From positions 1 through 40,802 of the forward strand of contig NJBI01000032.1 in the NCBI GenBank assembly GCA_005222975.1: DNA of 40,802 nucleotides. Direction: 5' to 3'. Position numbers and translations under genes: made by a program. The stretch comes from Promethearchaeota archaeon Loki_b31. Its GTDB lineage: Archaea; Asgardarchaeota; Lokiarchaeia; Sigyniarchaeales; SOKP01. The notes beneath the pieces are model-generated. The model was not told the origin of the DNA and did not search any database. It saw only the letters and a list, made by a program, of their open reading frames with translations. Within the stretch, counting starts at the first letter, position 1; each line of letters begins with the position of its first letter. Below, piece after piece: positions 9,201-18,812 of this stretch.

Positions 9201-9794
9201 TTACCCTGTTATATTTACTAATTCTACGCCTCTAACGGCGTAATTCTTATCTATGAAACAAAGTATCGCATGTCCTTTATGAATATAGACAAGTGGTACC
9301 GGATGTGATTCAGAGTTCTCAATAAAGCTTCTTTTAACTGTAATTGGGAGCACGGTATTACATACCCTGCATGGTACCATAATTTCATTGACCAAATCGA
9401 GGGAATTAAAATCTTTAATTATTTTATTAATTTCTTCTTTAAATGGATTGAACACAGTCGTAGAAAAATTTCCATATTTTATGTAGGAATCAATGTCGTA
9501 TGTCTCATTAAAAACCTTTGAGACTTGTTCTATTAAGGCTTCTAACAATTGAAATTGAATCTCAGTATTAGAACCCGTCGTATATATTAAATTTTCTAAC
9601 CGTATATGGACAATTTTCATATTTCCTCTAGATAAATGAAAGAAAATATTACTTACAGGATTCTGTTTAACAACATTTAAATCTAAGATATAACTTTTTA
9701 ACGATCTTGGAGGTTTCCACTCAAATATAGTAAATTCATCTGTACTGATGTTTACGAACTCGAGATTTTGCAATATTTTCGTATAGTCTACCAT
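9201..9794 (-). CDS. Longin-like domain + C-terminal Zn-binding domain
   Basis: KIVHIRLENLIYTT...LLEALIEQVSKVFNETY (longin-like). CRVC...H.GH...IDKNYAVRGVE C-terminal domain. Confidence 0.6.
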   Translation of the reverse strand: MVDYTKILQNLEFVNISTDEFTIFEWKPPRSLKSYILDLNVVKQNPVSNIFFHLSRGNMKIVHIRLENLIYTTGSNTEIQFQLLEALIEQVSKVFNETYDIDSYIKYGNFSTTVFNPFKEEINKIIKDFNSLDLVNEIMVPCRVCNTVLPITVKRSFIENSESHPVPLVYIHKGHAILCFIDKNYAVRGVELVNITG

Positions 9795-9971
9795 TCAAAT
9801 CAACTTAAGAAAATTGTTTTATTTTAATATTATTTACTATAATTTCGATAAAAATTATCTCGACTTGATTAAATAATTATTATTTATAATAAAAACCATA
9901 CTCTATTATAATGATTTAAATATATGTATATTACAAGTAGGGAATGTTATAAAAGAAATTAAAAAAAATAA

Positions 9972-10088
9972 GTTTTTATTGGGTGGATATTTTCCGGATG
10001 TTTTTAGCGTTCTCATAATAGCTTTCATATTGTCTACGGGTAACTCACGGGGAATCTCACAACCAAAACGAGAGAAAACGAGATAATT
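9972..10088 (-). pseudogene. C-terminal relic of a uroporphyrinogen decarboxylase / MtaA-CmuA family gene
   Basis: Minus strand reads NYLVFSRFGCEIPRELPVDNMKAIMRTLKTSGKYPP, matching the GCEIPxxxPxENxxAxxxxxxxxGxY C-terminus. No upstream gene body. Confidence 0.7.
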
Positions 10089-10148
10089 CTTTTTTTTTTT
10101 AATTTTAATACTAAAACATAAATATCAAAAAATAGAAATTTTAAAAAT

Positions 10149-10979
10149 ATGAAGTTCGCAAAGATCAACGGTTTAAAATTATCTTATCAAGTTTACGGAA
10201 CTGGCTTCCCGGTTATCTTTATACATGGATATGGCGCAAAAAAAGAAATATGGAAAACTCAAATAATAGATATAAGTAAAGAATTCCAAATTATTACATT
10301 TGACCTCCGAGGAACTGGAGAGTCTGATCGACCTAATATTCCATACACCATGAAAATGCTAGCGGGAGATGTAAAGGGCTTAATGGATTATATTGGCGTT
10401 GAAAAAGTTCATTTAGTAGGTCGCTCCTTTGGCGGAATGATTGCCCAACATTTTGCGCTACAATATTCCAAAAAAGTCGAAAAATTAATCTTGATCGCTA
10501 CAAATTTCGGTCGAGTCGATACAGATTGGGTCGAAATTCCTAAAAAAGGGCGTCTTGAAGAGATTGAGACGATTAAACACGACCCACTAAAGGCTTTTAA
10601 GCAAAAATCGCGTTGGGTCTTTCATGTAAAGTTCAGAAAAGAGATGGAAGCTAATCCAGGCAAAAGATTTTTTGACATATTTTCTATGGAAGATTTAATC
10701 AGAGAAAGCACGATCAATCCATCAAGACCACAAGACGTAATAAATCAAGCAGAGGCTATGAAAACACATTATACTCTAGAAAGATTACATGAAATTAAAA
10801 ATAATACGCTTCTGATAGCAGCGTCCCATGATCGGCAAACTCCCGTTTCTGTTATGACTGAAATGCATAAAAGAATCCCTAACAGCGAATTAAAAGTTAT
10901 AAATGAAGCAGGTCATTTTATGACGCTTTCAAGAGCATCGGAAATTAACGATATAATTCTTAACTTTTTAAAAAATTAA
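10149..10979 (+). CDS. Alpha/beta hydrolase (enol-lactonase-like)
   Basis: FIHGYG, DLRGTGES, nucleophile elbow GRSFGG, Asp in HDRQTP, His in AGH. Confidence 0.92.
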   Translation: MKFAKINGLKLSYQVYGTGFPVIFIHGYGAKKEIWKTQIIDISKEFQIITFDLRGTGESDRPNIPYTMKMLAGDVKGLMDYIGVEKVHLVGRSFGGMIAQHFALQYSKKVEKLILIATNFGRVDTDWVEIPKKGRLEEIETIKHDPLKAFKQKSRWVFHVKFRKEMEANPGKRFFDIFSMEDLIRESTINPSRPQDVINQAEAMKTHYTLERLHEIKNNTLLIAASHDRQTPVSVMTEMHKRIPNSELKVINEAGHFMTLSRASEINDIILNFLKN

Positions 10980-11093
10980 TATTTCTTAATTATTCTAATT
11001 ATTTTTAAAGATTTTTTTTCCATATTAAACAAATAGCTTTTTATATCCTTAGAATAAAATTGTTTATTATACAATTCTATTAATATTAATTTT

Positions 11094-12797
11094 GTGTTTA
11101 AAATGAAAGATTATACAGATTGGGAACCGCTTTACGATTATGAAAATGAATCTCCGTATCTCGAAAATCACGATCGTCCATGGCTACAATTTAGGGCGCC
11201 AAACATCCCAAAATCGATTAAATTTGACCCTATTCCGGTTCACGAATTTATTAAATTAGCAGCTAAAGAATTTCCAAATAACGTGTGTGTTTATCACAAA
11301 GCAACTGATAAAAAATACACATATCGCGAATTAATCTATATTTCTGACAGATTAGCGAACGCCTTGGTACAATTAGGTGTCAAAAAAGGAGAACCTGTAG
11401 GGATTATGACAGGAAATTGTCCTGAATTTTTATTTTGCGTTTTGGGTATAATGGAAACGGGTGCCATAGTAGTTCCAATCAATCCATTACTTAAAGAAAG
11501 CGACGTAGCTCACATCGTTAAGGAATCTGGAAATATGAATACTGTATTTGTGCATAAAGGGAACTTTAGAACGATAAAAAAGGTTCAAAAGAAAATAAAA
11601 TTAGAAAATGTAATATTACTACAAGCTGAAGCAGCTAAAGAAGGTACTATTACCTTCGAGGAATTTATAGAGGGTGTAGCGCCAATCCAACCAGATATAG
11701 AAATTGATCCTTCAAACGATCTAGCAGCTTTACTGTTTACTGGGGGTACTACTGGACTACCAAAAGGGGTAATGTTAACTCATACTAATTTTGTTTCTTG
11801 CGCGCTTTCAACTTTGTTAATGGCAGGAGAAACTGAAGAAAATGAAAGCACTTTTGGTAAAACTGTTAATTTGTCAGTTATACATTTATGTCATTCTTTT
11901 GGTTTTCTAGTTTTGATAGCTGCTTCTTTTGGAGCGGCCATGCTTGTAATGTTTCCCTCATTCAACGCCTCTGTAATTCTAGAAGCAATTGAATATTTTC
12001 GAGTTACAAATTATATTGGAGTTCCTGTTATGTATCAAATGTTAATTAACTCCCCTGATTTTACAGAGCGAGATCTTTCTAGCCTCGAGGAAGCAAACTC
12101 TGGTTCGGCGGCATTGGTCCCTGAGTTGGCTAAAAAATGGGAAAAAATTGTTGGTACTAAAGTAGGTCAAGGTTTTGGCTTAACTGAAACATCACCAATT
12201 ACACATGTGGCAGCTAAGTGGATGCCTGAAATTCGATCAGAGAGCATAGGCGTCCCCATTATTGATACGGATGCTAAAATTGTTAATCCTGAAACCTTAG
12301 AAGAGCTTAAACCGAACGAGATTGGAGAATTATTAATAAAAGGACCCCAAGTAATGAAGGGGTACTGGAAAAACCCCGAGGAAACGAATAAAACGATAAT
12401 AGATGGTTGGTTAAGGACAGGAGACCTCGCAAGAATGGATGAACAAGGATATTTCTATATCGAAGGTCGTACTAAAGATATCATTAAATATAAAGGATAC
12501 AAGGTTATGCCTCGAGAAGTCGAAGAAAAATTATATGAACATCCAGCAATTCTCGAAGCTGGTGTTGTATCAGCTCCAGATCCAAATATCGGCGAAACGA
12601 TTAAAGTATATATAGTGTTAAAACCAGAATTCAAAGATGGAAAAGTTACTGAGCGAGATATCCTTGAATGGGCCAAAGAACGATTAGCAGGATATAAGTA
12701 TCCTCGTAAAATTGAGTTTATAAATGTTTTACCAAGAACTACTGTAGGCAAAATATTTAGAAGAAAATTGAGAGAAAGAGCGTTCAAAGAAAGTTAA
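11094..12797 (+). CDS. Long-chain fatty-acid--CoA ligase (ANL adenylate-forming enzyme)
   Basis: FTGGTTGLPKG, GFGLTE, WLRTGD, GRTKDII and PRTTVGKI motifs. Confidence 0.93.
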   Translation: MFKMKDYTDWEPLYDYENESPYLENHDRPWLQFRAPNIPKSIKFDPIPVHEFIKLAAKEFPNNVCVYHKATDKKYTYRELIYISDRLANALVQLGVKKGEPVGIMTGNCPEFLFCVLGIMETGAIVVPINPLLKESDVAHIVKESGNMNTVFVHKGNFRTIKKVQKKIKLENVILLQAEAAKEGTITFEEFIEGVAPIQPDIEIDPSNDLAALLFTGGTTGLPKGVMLTHTNFVSCALSTLLMAGETEENESTFGKTVNLSVIHLCHSFGFLVLIAASFGAAMLVMFPSFNASVILEAIEYFRVTNYIGVPVMYQMLINSPDFTERDLSSLEEANSGSAALVPELAKKWEKIVGTKVGQGFGLTETSPITHVAAKWMPEIRSESIGVPIIDTDAKIVNPETLEELKPNEIGELLIKGPQVMKGYWKNPEETNKTIIDGWLRTGDLARMDEQGYFYIEGRTKDIIKYKGYKVMPREVEEKLYEHPAILEAGVVSAPDPNIGETIKVYIVLKPEFKDGKVTERDILEWAKERLAGYKYPRKIEFINVLPRTTVGKIFRRKLRERAFKES

Positions 12798-12922
12798 GAT
12801 AAAAAAATATTTTAAATTATTAATCACACTTTTTTTAATTAAATTCATCAATAATTTAATGTTTTAAATATAACATTGGCATAATTTAATTAAATAAGTT
12901 AACCGATATTTAGGTAAAAAAT

Positions 12923-14341
12923 ATGAATAAAGAAGATATTTGTTTTATGTCCGCTTGCGATATGGTTGATGCGATAAGAAACCAAGAATTAACATCTGAA
13001 GAAATAACCGAAACGATTATTGAAAGAATTGAGAAAATAAATCCAATTATTAACGCATACTGTACTCCTACTTTCGACTTAGCAAGAGAGATGGCGAAAA
13101 AAGCCGACGATGCAGCCAAAAAAGGTGCCAAATTAGGTAAATTGAATGGTGTTCCAACATCAATTAAAGATCTTGTAATGATCAAAGGAGTTAGAACTAC
13201 TTTTGGATCGAAAATATACGAACATTTTATCCCAGATGAAGATAGTATATGTGTTAAAAGACTAAAAGATGCAGGGTGTGTTATTCTAGGAAAAACTAAC
13301 ACTCCAGAATTCGGATTTAAAGGAGCTACGGATAATTTAATTTTCGGTATCACACGTAATCCATGGCATCTAGAAAAGACTTCTGGAGGATCGAGTGGTG
13401 GCGCTGCTGCCTCAGTTGCTTCTGGAATAGGACCTTTAGCACAAGGGTCAGATGGAGGGGGCTCTATTAGACATCCCGCCTGTTTTTGTGGTATTTATGG
13501 CATCAAACCGAGTTTTGGCAGAGTACCAATTTACCCTAGACAATACACTATGGCTCAATCTTTATCCGTTGTTGGACCAATTGTAAGATACGTGAAAGAT
13601 GCGGCTCTAATGTTAGATGTTATGAAAGGCTTTTTTGAGGGAGATAGGTTTTCAATACCATCAGATAATATCAATTATTTAGATTTGGTTAATGAAAAAC
13701 CTGAGAAATTAAAAATTGGCTACACTTTAGACTTAGGCTTCGCGAAAGTTATTGACTCTGAAGTAGAAGAGTCAATATTAAATTCGATAAGTAAATTTGA
13801 GGAATTTGGTTGGAGTGTTGAAAAAGTTAAAATGAAGTTAAGAAAGCCTGAATTGCCATTTTATACTTTCTGGACTATAATGCTAGCTTATGATTTGAAA
13901 CAAAAATTGAAAGAATGGGAGGACAAAATGGATCCCGATTTAGTAAAATTAGTCAAAGCAGGATTAGGATATGATGGAATGTCACTACCAAAAGCTATCG
14001 CTGCTCGTAATAAAATTCACGGGACTATTTTCAAATTATTTAAAGAATTTGATATTTTAATAACCCCTACGACGGCAGTTCCAGCTTTTGATTTAGGTTT
14101 AATGTTTCCCGCAAAAATAAACAACATTAATGTTTCACCTACCGGTTGGCAAGCATTCTCGTTTCCTTTCAATTTAACCGGTAATCCCGCAGCAACAATT
14201 CCATGTGGGTGGTCTAGCGATGGTTTACCTATTGGAATGCAAATAGTTGGAAGTATGTACGATGAAATAAAAGTTTTACAAATATCAAAGGCTTTTGAAG
14301 AAATCGCACCTTGGCAAGATAAAAGGCCAAACTTTGATTAA
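12923..14341 (+). CDS. Amidase-signature family enzyme
   Basis: GVPTSIKD, GKTNTPEF, GGSSGG, GSDGGGSIR (Ser-cisSer-Lys triad). Confidence 0.93.
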   Translation: MNKEDICFMSACDMVDAIRNQELTSEEITETIIERIEKINPIINAYCTPTFDLAREMAKKADDAAKKGAKLGKLNGVPTSIKDLVMIKGVRTTFGSKIYEHFIPDEDSICVKRLKDAGCVILGKTNTPEFGFKGATDNLIFGITRNPWHLEKTSGGSSGGAAASVASGIGPLAQGSDGGGSIRHPACFCGIYGIKPSFGRVPIYPRQYTMAQSLSVVGPIVRYVKDAALMLDVMKGFFEGDRFSIPSDNINYLDLVNEKPEKLKIGYTLDLGFAKVIDSEVEESILNSISKFEEFGWSVEKVKMKLRKPELPFYTFWTIMLAYDLKQKLKEWEDKMDPDLVKLVKAGLGYDGMSLPKAIAARNKIHGTIFKLFKEFDILITPTTAVPAFDLGLMFPAKINNINVSPTGWQAFSFPFNLTGNPAATIPCGWSSDGLPIGMQIVGSMYDEIKVLQISKAFEEIAPWQDKRPNFD

Positions 14342-14434
14342 TTTAATTCTCTTTTTTATTTTCATTTTAAACAAAATTTTTTACTATTAATTAATTTGCT
14401 AATCATGACTTAACTCAACAAAAGCGATAATAAT

Positions 14435-15277
14435 ATGAATAAGAAACTTTTAAAAAAGGATATATATACTTTCCAAGAAACTCAAGTAGCAGAAGAATAC
14501 CGCAACTTAAACTTTTCAATTGTTCTAATTCAACCTGAACACGCTGCAAATATCGGATCTATAGCCCGAGTCATGAAAAATTTTAATTTTAAAAGTTTAG
14601 TAATTTTTGACCCGATCGAAAAAGTAGAAAATATTAAAAGCTATAGAACTCAAGGGTACGCCATGCACGGTAAAGATGTCTTGTTTAACTCTGATATTTT
14701 AACTATTATAGAAAAAAAAGATTATTTATCCAAATATAAAGAATTAATGGAGCGGTTTGATTTAGTAATCGCTACTACGGCAAAAGGAAAACATTTTAGA
14801 AACATTAGGAGGCTAGCTACATTCCCAGACGATTTAACACTACCGATCTCCGAGAATCCGTTACAAATTGCTTTAGTTTTTGGAAAGGAATCGCATGGAC
14901 TAACGAACGAAGAGATTGAAGTTGCTGACATCTTGTTGAGGGTCCCCACTAGCAATTCTTATCCTACTTTAAACCTTTCTCATGCGTGTGGCATTATTTT
15001 ATACGAAATTTTCAAAAAAATTAATATTATTAATATCGGTCGAGGAGGAAAACCCGTTTTGTTGGCGAATACGAACGAGAAGCAGGTGCTTTATGATATT
15101 ATCAATAATTTAATTACGAAACTGAAAATTCGTACACATAAAAAAGAGAACGTTTTGTTCGCATTTAAAAACATGTTTGAAAGAGCATTTGTATCTAGGA
15201 AAGAAATAAGCCTTATTTTAAGTGTATTCTCAAAATTAGACTCGTTAATAAAAAAGAGAAAAATATATAAAAATTAA
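14435..15277 (+). CDS. trmJ: SPOUT RNA methyltransferase, TrmJ/LasT family
   Basis: PEHAANIGSIARVMKNF, LVFGKESHGLTNEE, YPTLNLSHA. Confidence 0.88.
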   Translation: MNKKLLKKDIYTFQETQVAEEYRNLNFSIVLIQPEHAANIGSIARVMKNFNFKSLVIFDPIEKVENIKSYRTQGYAMHGKDVLFNSDILTIIEKKDYLSKYKELMERFDLVIATTAKGKHFRNIRRLATFPDDLTLPISENPLQIALVFGKESHGLTNEEIEVADILLRVPTSNSYPTLNLSHACGIILYEIFKKINIINIGRGGKPVLLANTNEKQVLYDIINNLITKLKIRTHKKENVLFAFKNMFERAFVSRKEISLILSVFSKLDSLIKKRKIYKN

Positions 15278-15282
15278 AATTT

Positions 15283-15501
15283 CTATAACGCCTTATAGTA
15301 TCGTGGCTTTTTGTTATAAGTTACAAGTATTTTATCGGGCATATCATTCACAATTCTTCTAATAATTTTGGCGAGAGCATTATGGGCTTCATATCCCATA
15401 GCACTTGCCCATTCACTGGCTGTAGAAACGCCTAATTCCTTTAATTTATCCAAACACATTTGCTCATAAGTCCTGGGAATTACTTTTTTTAATTTTAACA
15501 T
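15283..15501 (-). CDS. Small winged-helix protein
   Basis: 72 aa, three helices plus wing (KKPRYY); GTGAGGT ribosome-binding site upstream. Confidence 0.65.
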   Translation of the reverse strand: MLKLKKVIPRTYEQMCLDKLKELGVSTASEWASAMGYEAHNALAKIIRRIVNDMPDKILVTYNKKPRYYKAL

Positions 15502-15659
15502 TTTTTTCTACCTCACTTTTTAGTTATCTTATTTTTTTATTTATAAAAAATTGCGAAAATCTTTATCCTAACGTAATCTGCTTATTTCAATACTAAATTT
15601 TCTTATCGAATAAAAATTAGAAGAAGGGCTATTTAAAGAATGATGTCGTTCATTTGGAA

Positions 15660-15725
15660 ACGAATACATGTTTTATGTAATAGGATTTATATTAACCAAT
15701 AACATTCTTCAAAAACTGATGCCGT
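15660..15725. repeat. Left copy of diverged inverted repeat (partner at about 18187-18255)
   Basis: acgaatacatgttt (15660-15673) is the exact reverse complement of aaacatgtattcgt (18242-18255); similarity continues inward to about atgcc. Confidence 0.75.
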
Positions 15726-15973
15726 TGATATATAACAATAAATATGTTCTTTTTGACAAATTAGTAATATAAATTAAAGCAGACGATCTTGAGATTATCA
15801 ACGATTTTAACAAGCATAGGAAATATTAAACTATCTAAAGAACTTTAAGTTTTTTTATTTTGATCAGAATAGTTTTACAAATTATACTTCGATTTAATTT
15901 TAATAGTATTTAAATGTGTAATATGATAAATAGGTATATTTGATAAAAATTATAATATATGGGATAAAAATTC

Positions 15974-18124
15974 ATGTCTCAGAAAAAAAATCCAGTTGAA
16001 GAATTTGTATTTGAATTTTATGATGACGATTACGTTGAATCTTTAGAAAAAAAAGAACCCGAGATTATTGAGAAATATAAAGATATCGATTTTAAGGGTG
16101 CTTTAAACGAAGAACAGCTCGAGATAGTTAATAACATTAAAGGACCGATGTTAGTAATAGCGGGAGCGGGTTCAGGGAAGACGAGAACTATTGTTTATTC
16201 TGTCGCTAAATTATTAGTATCTGGAGTGAACCCTCGTGAGATAATGCTTGTCACCTTTACAAATAAAGCCGCTAAAGAAATGATTAAACGGGTAGAAATC
16301 CTATTAGGTAAGCGCCCAAAAGGTATATGGGCAGGGACATTTCACTCCATGGGAAATCGATTTTTAAGAAAGTACGCTAAAACGCTAGGTCTTAAGCCTA
16401 ATTTTACGATTATGGACCAAACAGATTCAAAAGGCTTGATGAAACTAGCGATTAATCAAGCAAATGTAAAAGAGTTTGAAGAAAGGTTTCCGAGTTCCGT
16501 AGTTGCTAAGAATATTTTATCTTATTCTATTAATTGTAACAAATCTATTCGCGAAGTCATACTTTGGAAGTATCCTCAATTTGACAAAGATAAAATTATT
16601 ACGAAGTTAAAAGAGGTACTTAACATCTACAAAACTAAAAAAGCACGCGATAATTTAGTAGATTTCGACGATCTATTAGTTTTTTGGAATAGGTTATTAG
16701 ACGAAAGGATGGTTGCTAGATCAATTGCTCAACGCATTAAATATGTGTTAGTAGACGAATATCAAGACACTAACTACATTCAAGACGAAATTATTAGCAA
16801 AATCGTAAAAGAAAATCCTAACCTAAATGTTATGGCCGTAGGAGATGACGCCCAGAGTATTTACGCGTTTCGAGGGGCTAACTTTGAAAACATATTAAAT
16901 TTTGAAAAGAAATACAAGGATTGCAAAAGATATGTTATAACTTATAACTACAGGAGCGTCCCTCAAATTCTCGACTTGGCGAACAATTCAATAAAACATA
17001 ACAAAAAACAGCACAAGAAAAACATGAAACCCGCTCGCCCTGAGGGAGAGCCTCCGTTTCAAGTAAATGTAGGAGATGACAGGGATCAAGCTCGTTTTAT
17101 TACTAGTCAAATCTTAAAATTACGCACTGATGATTACCAATTTTCTGAAATGGCGGTTCTCTGCCGAGCTAGTTTCCATTTGTTGCAAATCGAATTAGAA
17201 TTACAAGCTAAAAACATTCCATATGAAGTGCGAGCAGGTGTTGCATTTTTTGAAAAAGCCCATATTAAAGATCTATTGGCTCATTTGCGTATTATCGAAA
17301 ACCCTTACGACGAAATTGCGTGGTCGCGCGTTTTTTCTATAATTCCTGGGATTGGGGGCGCTTCAGCAGAAAAAATATTTCATGCAATATCAAGCACCAG
17401 TAACCCTCTCGAAACATTACTGAATAAATCTTTTTTCACTACAAAAATGAAAGGAGCTCGAATTCCAGAAAAAGGAAGGAAAAGGCTAGCATTACACGCA
17501 AAAAACTTAATTGATTTTACTTCTCAAGATGCTCCTGAAGAAATCATAAAAAGTTTAGTGAAAGTCTTAGAAGATCATATTAAATCTAAATATGAAAATT
17601 GGCAAGAAAGAATAGATGATTTGACTCAACTTGGAGTATACGCTCAAAAATATCCAACAATTCGGAGATTTTTAGAAACTCTTAGTTTGAACGTCTCTTC
17701 TATTGAATCGAAATCCGTTCAAATGGGCATTCAAACAGAAGACGAAAAACCCTTAGTACTTTCTACGATTCATCGAGCTAAAGGTCTTGAATGGCGAGTA
17801 GTGTTTATACCTATGTTGTGCGAAGATTTCTTTCCTTCAAGTCGAGTTGTAGGAGACGCCGATGCCTACGAGGAAGAACGGAGGGTTTTTTATGTTGCCA
17901 CAACTAGAGCGAAAGACCAATTGTATTTGGTATCACCCTCTATGGTTAGAACATATAGAGGTTATCAAACGGGTAGATTATCACAGTTTATAACTGAACT
18001 TAAACCAAACGTGTATCAGAAATCCTCGGTTCAATTTAAATCTACAAATGAAAAAGACAAAAGAAAAAATAAGAACTTAAAACCAAATTTTATTAGCGCT
18101 TTCGACATAAAAAATAATAGATAA
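15974..18124 (+). CDS. uvrD: ATP-dependent DNA helicase, UvrD/PcrA (SF1A)
   Basis: AGAGSGKT, VTFTNKAA, GTFHS, VDEYQD, VGDDAQSIYAFRGA, NYRS, STIHRAKGLE, EERRVFYVATTRAK. Confidence 0.95.
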   Translation: MSQKKNPVEEFVFEFYDDDYVESLEKKEPEIIEKYKDIDFKGALNEEQLEIVNNIKGPMLVIAGAGSGKTRTIVYSVAKLLVSGVNPREIMLVTFTNKAAKEMIKRVEILLGKRPKGIWAGTFHSMGNRFLRKYAKTLGLKPNFTIMDQTDSKGLMKLAINQANVKEFEERFPSSVVAKNILSYSINCNKSIREVILWKYPQFDKDKIITKLKEVLNIYKTKKARDNLVDFDDLLVFWNRLLDERMVARSIAQRIKYVLVDEYQDTNYIQDEIISKIVKENPNLNVMAVGDDAQSIYAFRGANFENILNFEKKYKDCKRYVITYNYRSVPQILDLANNSIKHNKKQHKKNMKPARPEGEPPFQVNVGDDRDQARFITSQILKLRTDDYQFSEMAVLCRASFHLLQIELELQAKNIPYEVRAGVAFFEKAHIKDLLAHLRIIENPYDEIAWSRVFSIIPGIGGASAEKIFHAISSTSNPLETLLNKSFFTTKMKGARIPEKGRKRLALHAKNLIDFTSQDAPEEIIKSLVKVLEDHIKSKYENWQERIDDLTQLGVYAQKYPTIRRFLETLSLNVSSIESKSVQMGIQTEDEKPLVLSTIHRAKGLEWRVVFIPMLCEDFFPSSRVVGDADAYEEERRVFYVATTRAKDQLYLVSPSMVRTYRGYQTGRLSQFITELKPNVYQKSSVQFKSTNEKDKRKNKNLKPNFISAFDIKNNR

Positions 18125-18186
18125 AAATTGAAAACCTCAAAGCCTTTAGCGGTAAATTCCAATCAGATTTCGAATAATATCCAATT

Positions 18187-18255
18187 TGGCATTAAACATA
18201 AAAAAATGTTTTATTTAGCTTAAATAAAACCCTAATACAATAAACATGTATTCGT
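18187..18255. repeat. Right copy of diverged inverted repeat; contains a perfect 10-3-10 hairpin at 18208-18230
   Basis: Reverse complement acgaatacatgtttattgtattagggttttatttaagc aligns with 15660-15697. gttttattta-gct-taaataaaac is an exact inverted repeat. Confidence 0.75.
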
Positions 18256-18311
18256 AGCATGTCTTACTGTAATCATATCCACAAAATCCGTGAGTGTATT
18301 TAAAATAAAAA

Positions 18312-18321
18312 GATATATATA
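18312..18321 (+). promoter_or_regulatory. Probable archaeal TATA box of the wHTH gene (leaderless-type spacing)
   Basis: A-rich BRE-like tract then atatatata about 27-35 nt upstream of ATG 18348. Confidence 0.5.
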
Positions 18322-18347
18322 GCCTATTATGGTATTTTTAATTAACC

Positions 18348-18812
18348 ATGTCTCAATCTTATAAAGATTTTTTAAAAAAATATAATATTGACGATTTTAA
18401 AACGAAATTACAGCTTTCTGGACACACAAAAATAGATTTCTATAACGATATTGACAAATTATTAAGGGGTATATGTATTATTTTCGATAAACTTTCAAGT
18501 ATTGCGCCTATGAGGGGCGCACAGGTATTAATGGGCTTGGCAAAATTGCACGAAACAAACGATGTTATAAATAAAACGGATGTCAAAAAGTGTCTAAACA
18601 TCGATAGATTAGAGAAATTAAAATATGCCTTTGATTATTTGGAAAATGCTGGTTATATAAAGATTGAGAAAAAAACAGAAAAATTTCATATTGTAAAATT
18701 AAACGAAGAAGATAATCCAGATCTAACAGTATTTCGAGAAATTGTTCAAAAATATTGGAAATCTCCTTTAGAAGAAAAGGAGAAAATAAAAAAATGGAGC
18801 GAGGAAATATGA
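18348..18812 (+). CDS. Winged-helix DNA-binding protein
   Basis: INKTDVKKCL...LKYAFDYLENAGYIKIEKK...VKLN wHTH pattern. Confidence 0.7.
   Translation: MSQSYKDFLKKYNIDDFKTKLQLSGHTKIDFYNDIDKLLRGICIIFDKLSSIAPMRGAQVLMGLAKLHETNDVINKTDVKKCLNIDRLEKLKYAFDYLENAGYIKIEKKTEKFHIVKLNEEDNPDLTVFREIVQKYWKSPLEEKEKIKKWSEEI

Noticed and set aside
12923-14341. Calling the amidase gatA
   Set aside because: No adjacent gatB/gatC, and GatA-specific motifs were not recognised.
15648-15661. gttcatttggaaac resembles an archaeal ORB origin box
   Set aside because: Single imperfect copy, no G-string, and no cdc6/orc1 in the window.
15639-15720. Possible C/D-box sRNA (atgatg ... ctga)
   Set aside because: C box is imperfect, no clear internal D'/C' boxes, and the region is better explained by the inverted-repeat element.
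15660-18255. Active transposon or Helitron carrying the helicase
   Set aside because: No transposase, Rep or integrase, no target-site duplication, and the helicase is an ordinary UvrD/PcrA.
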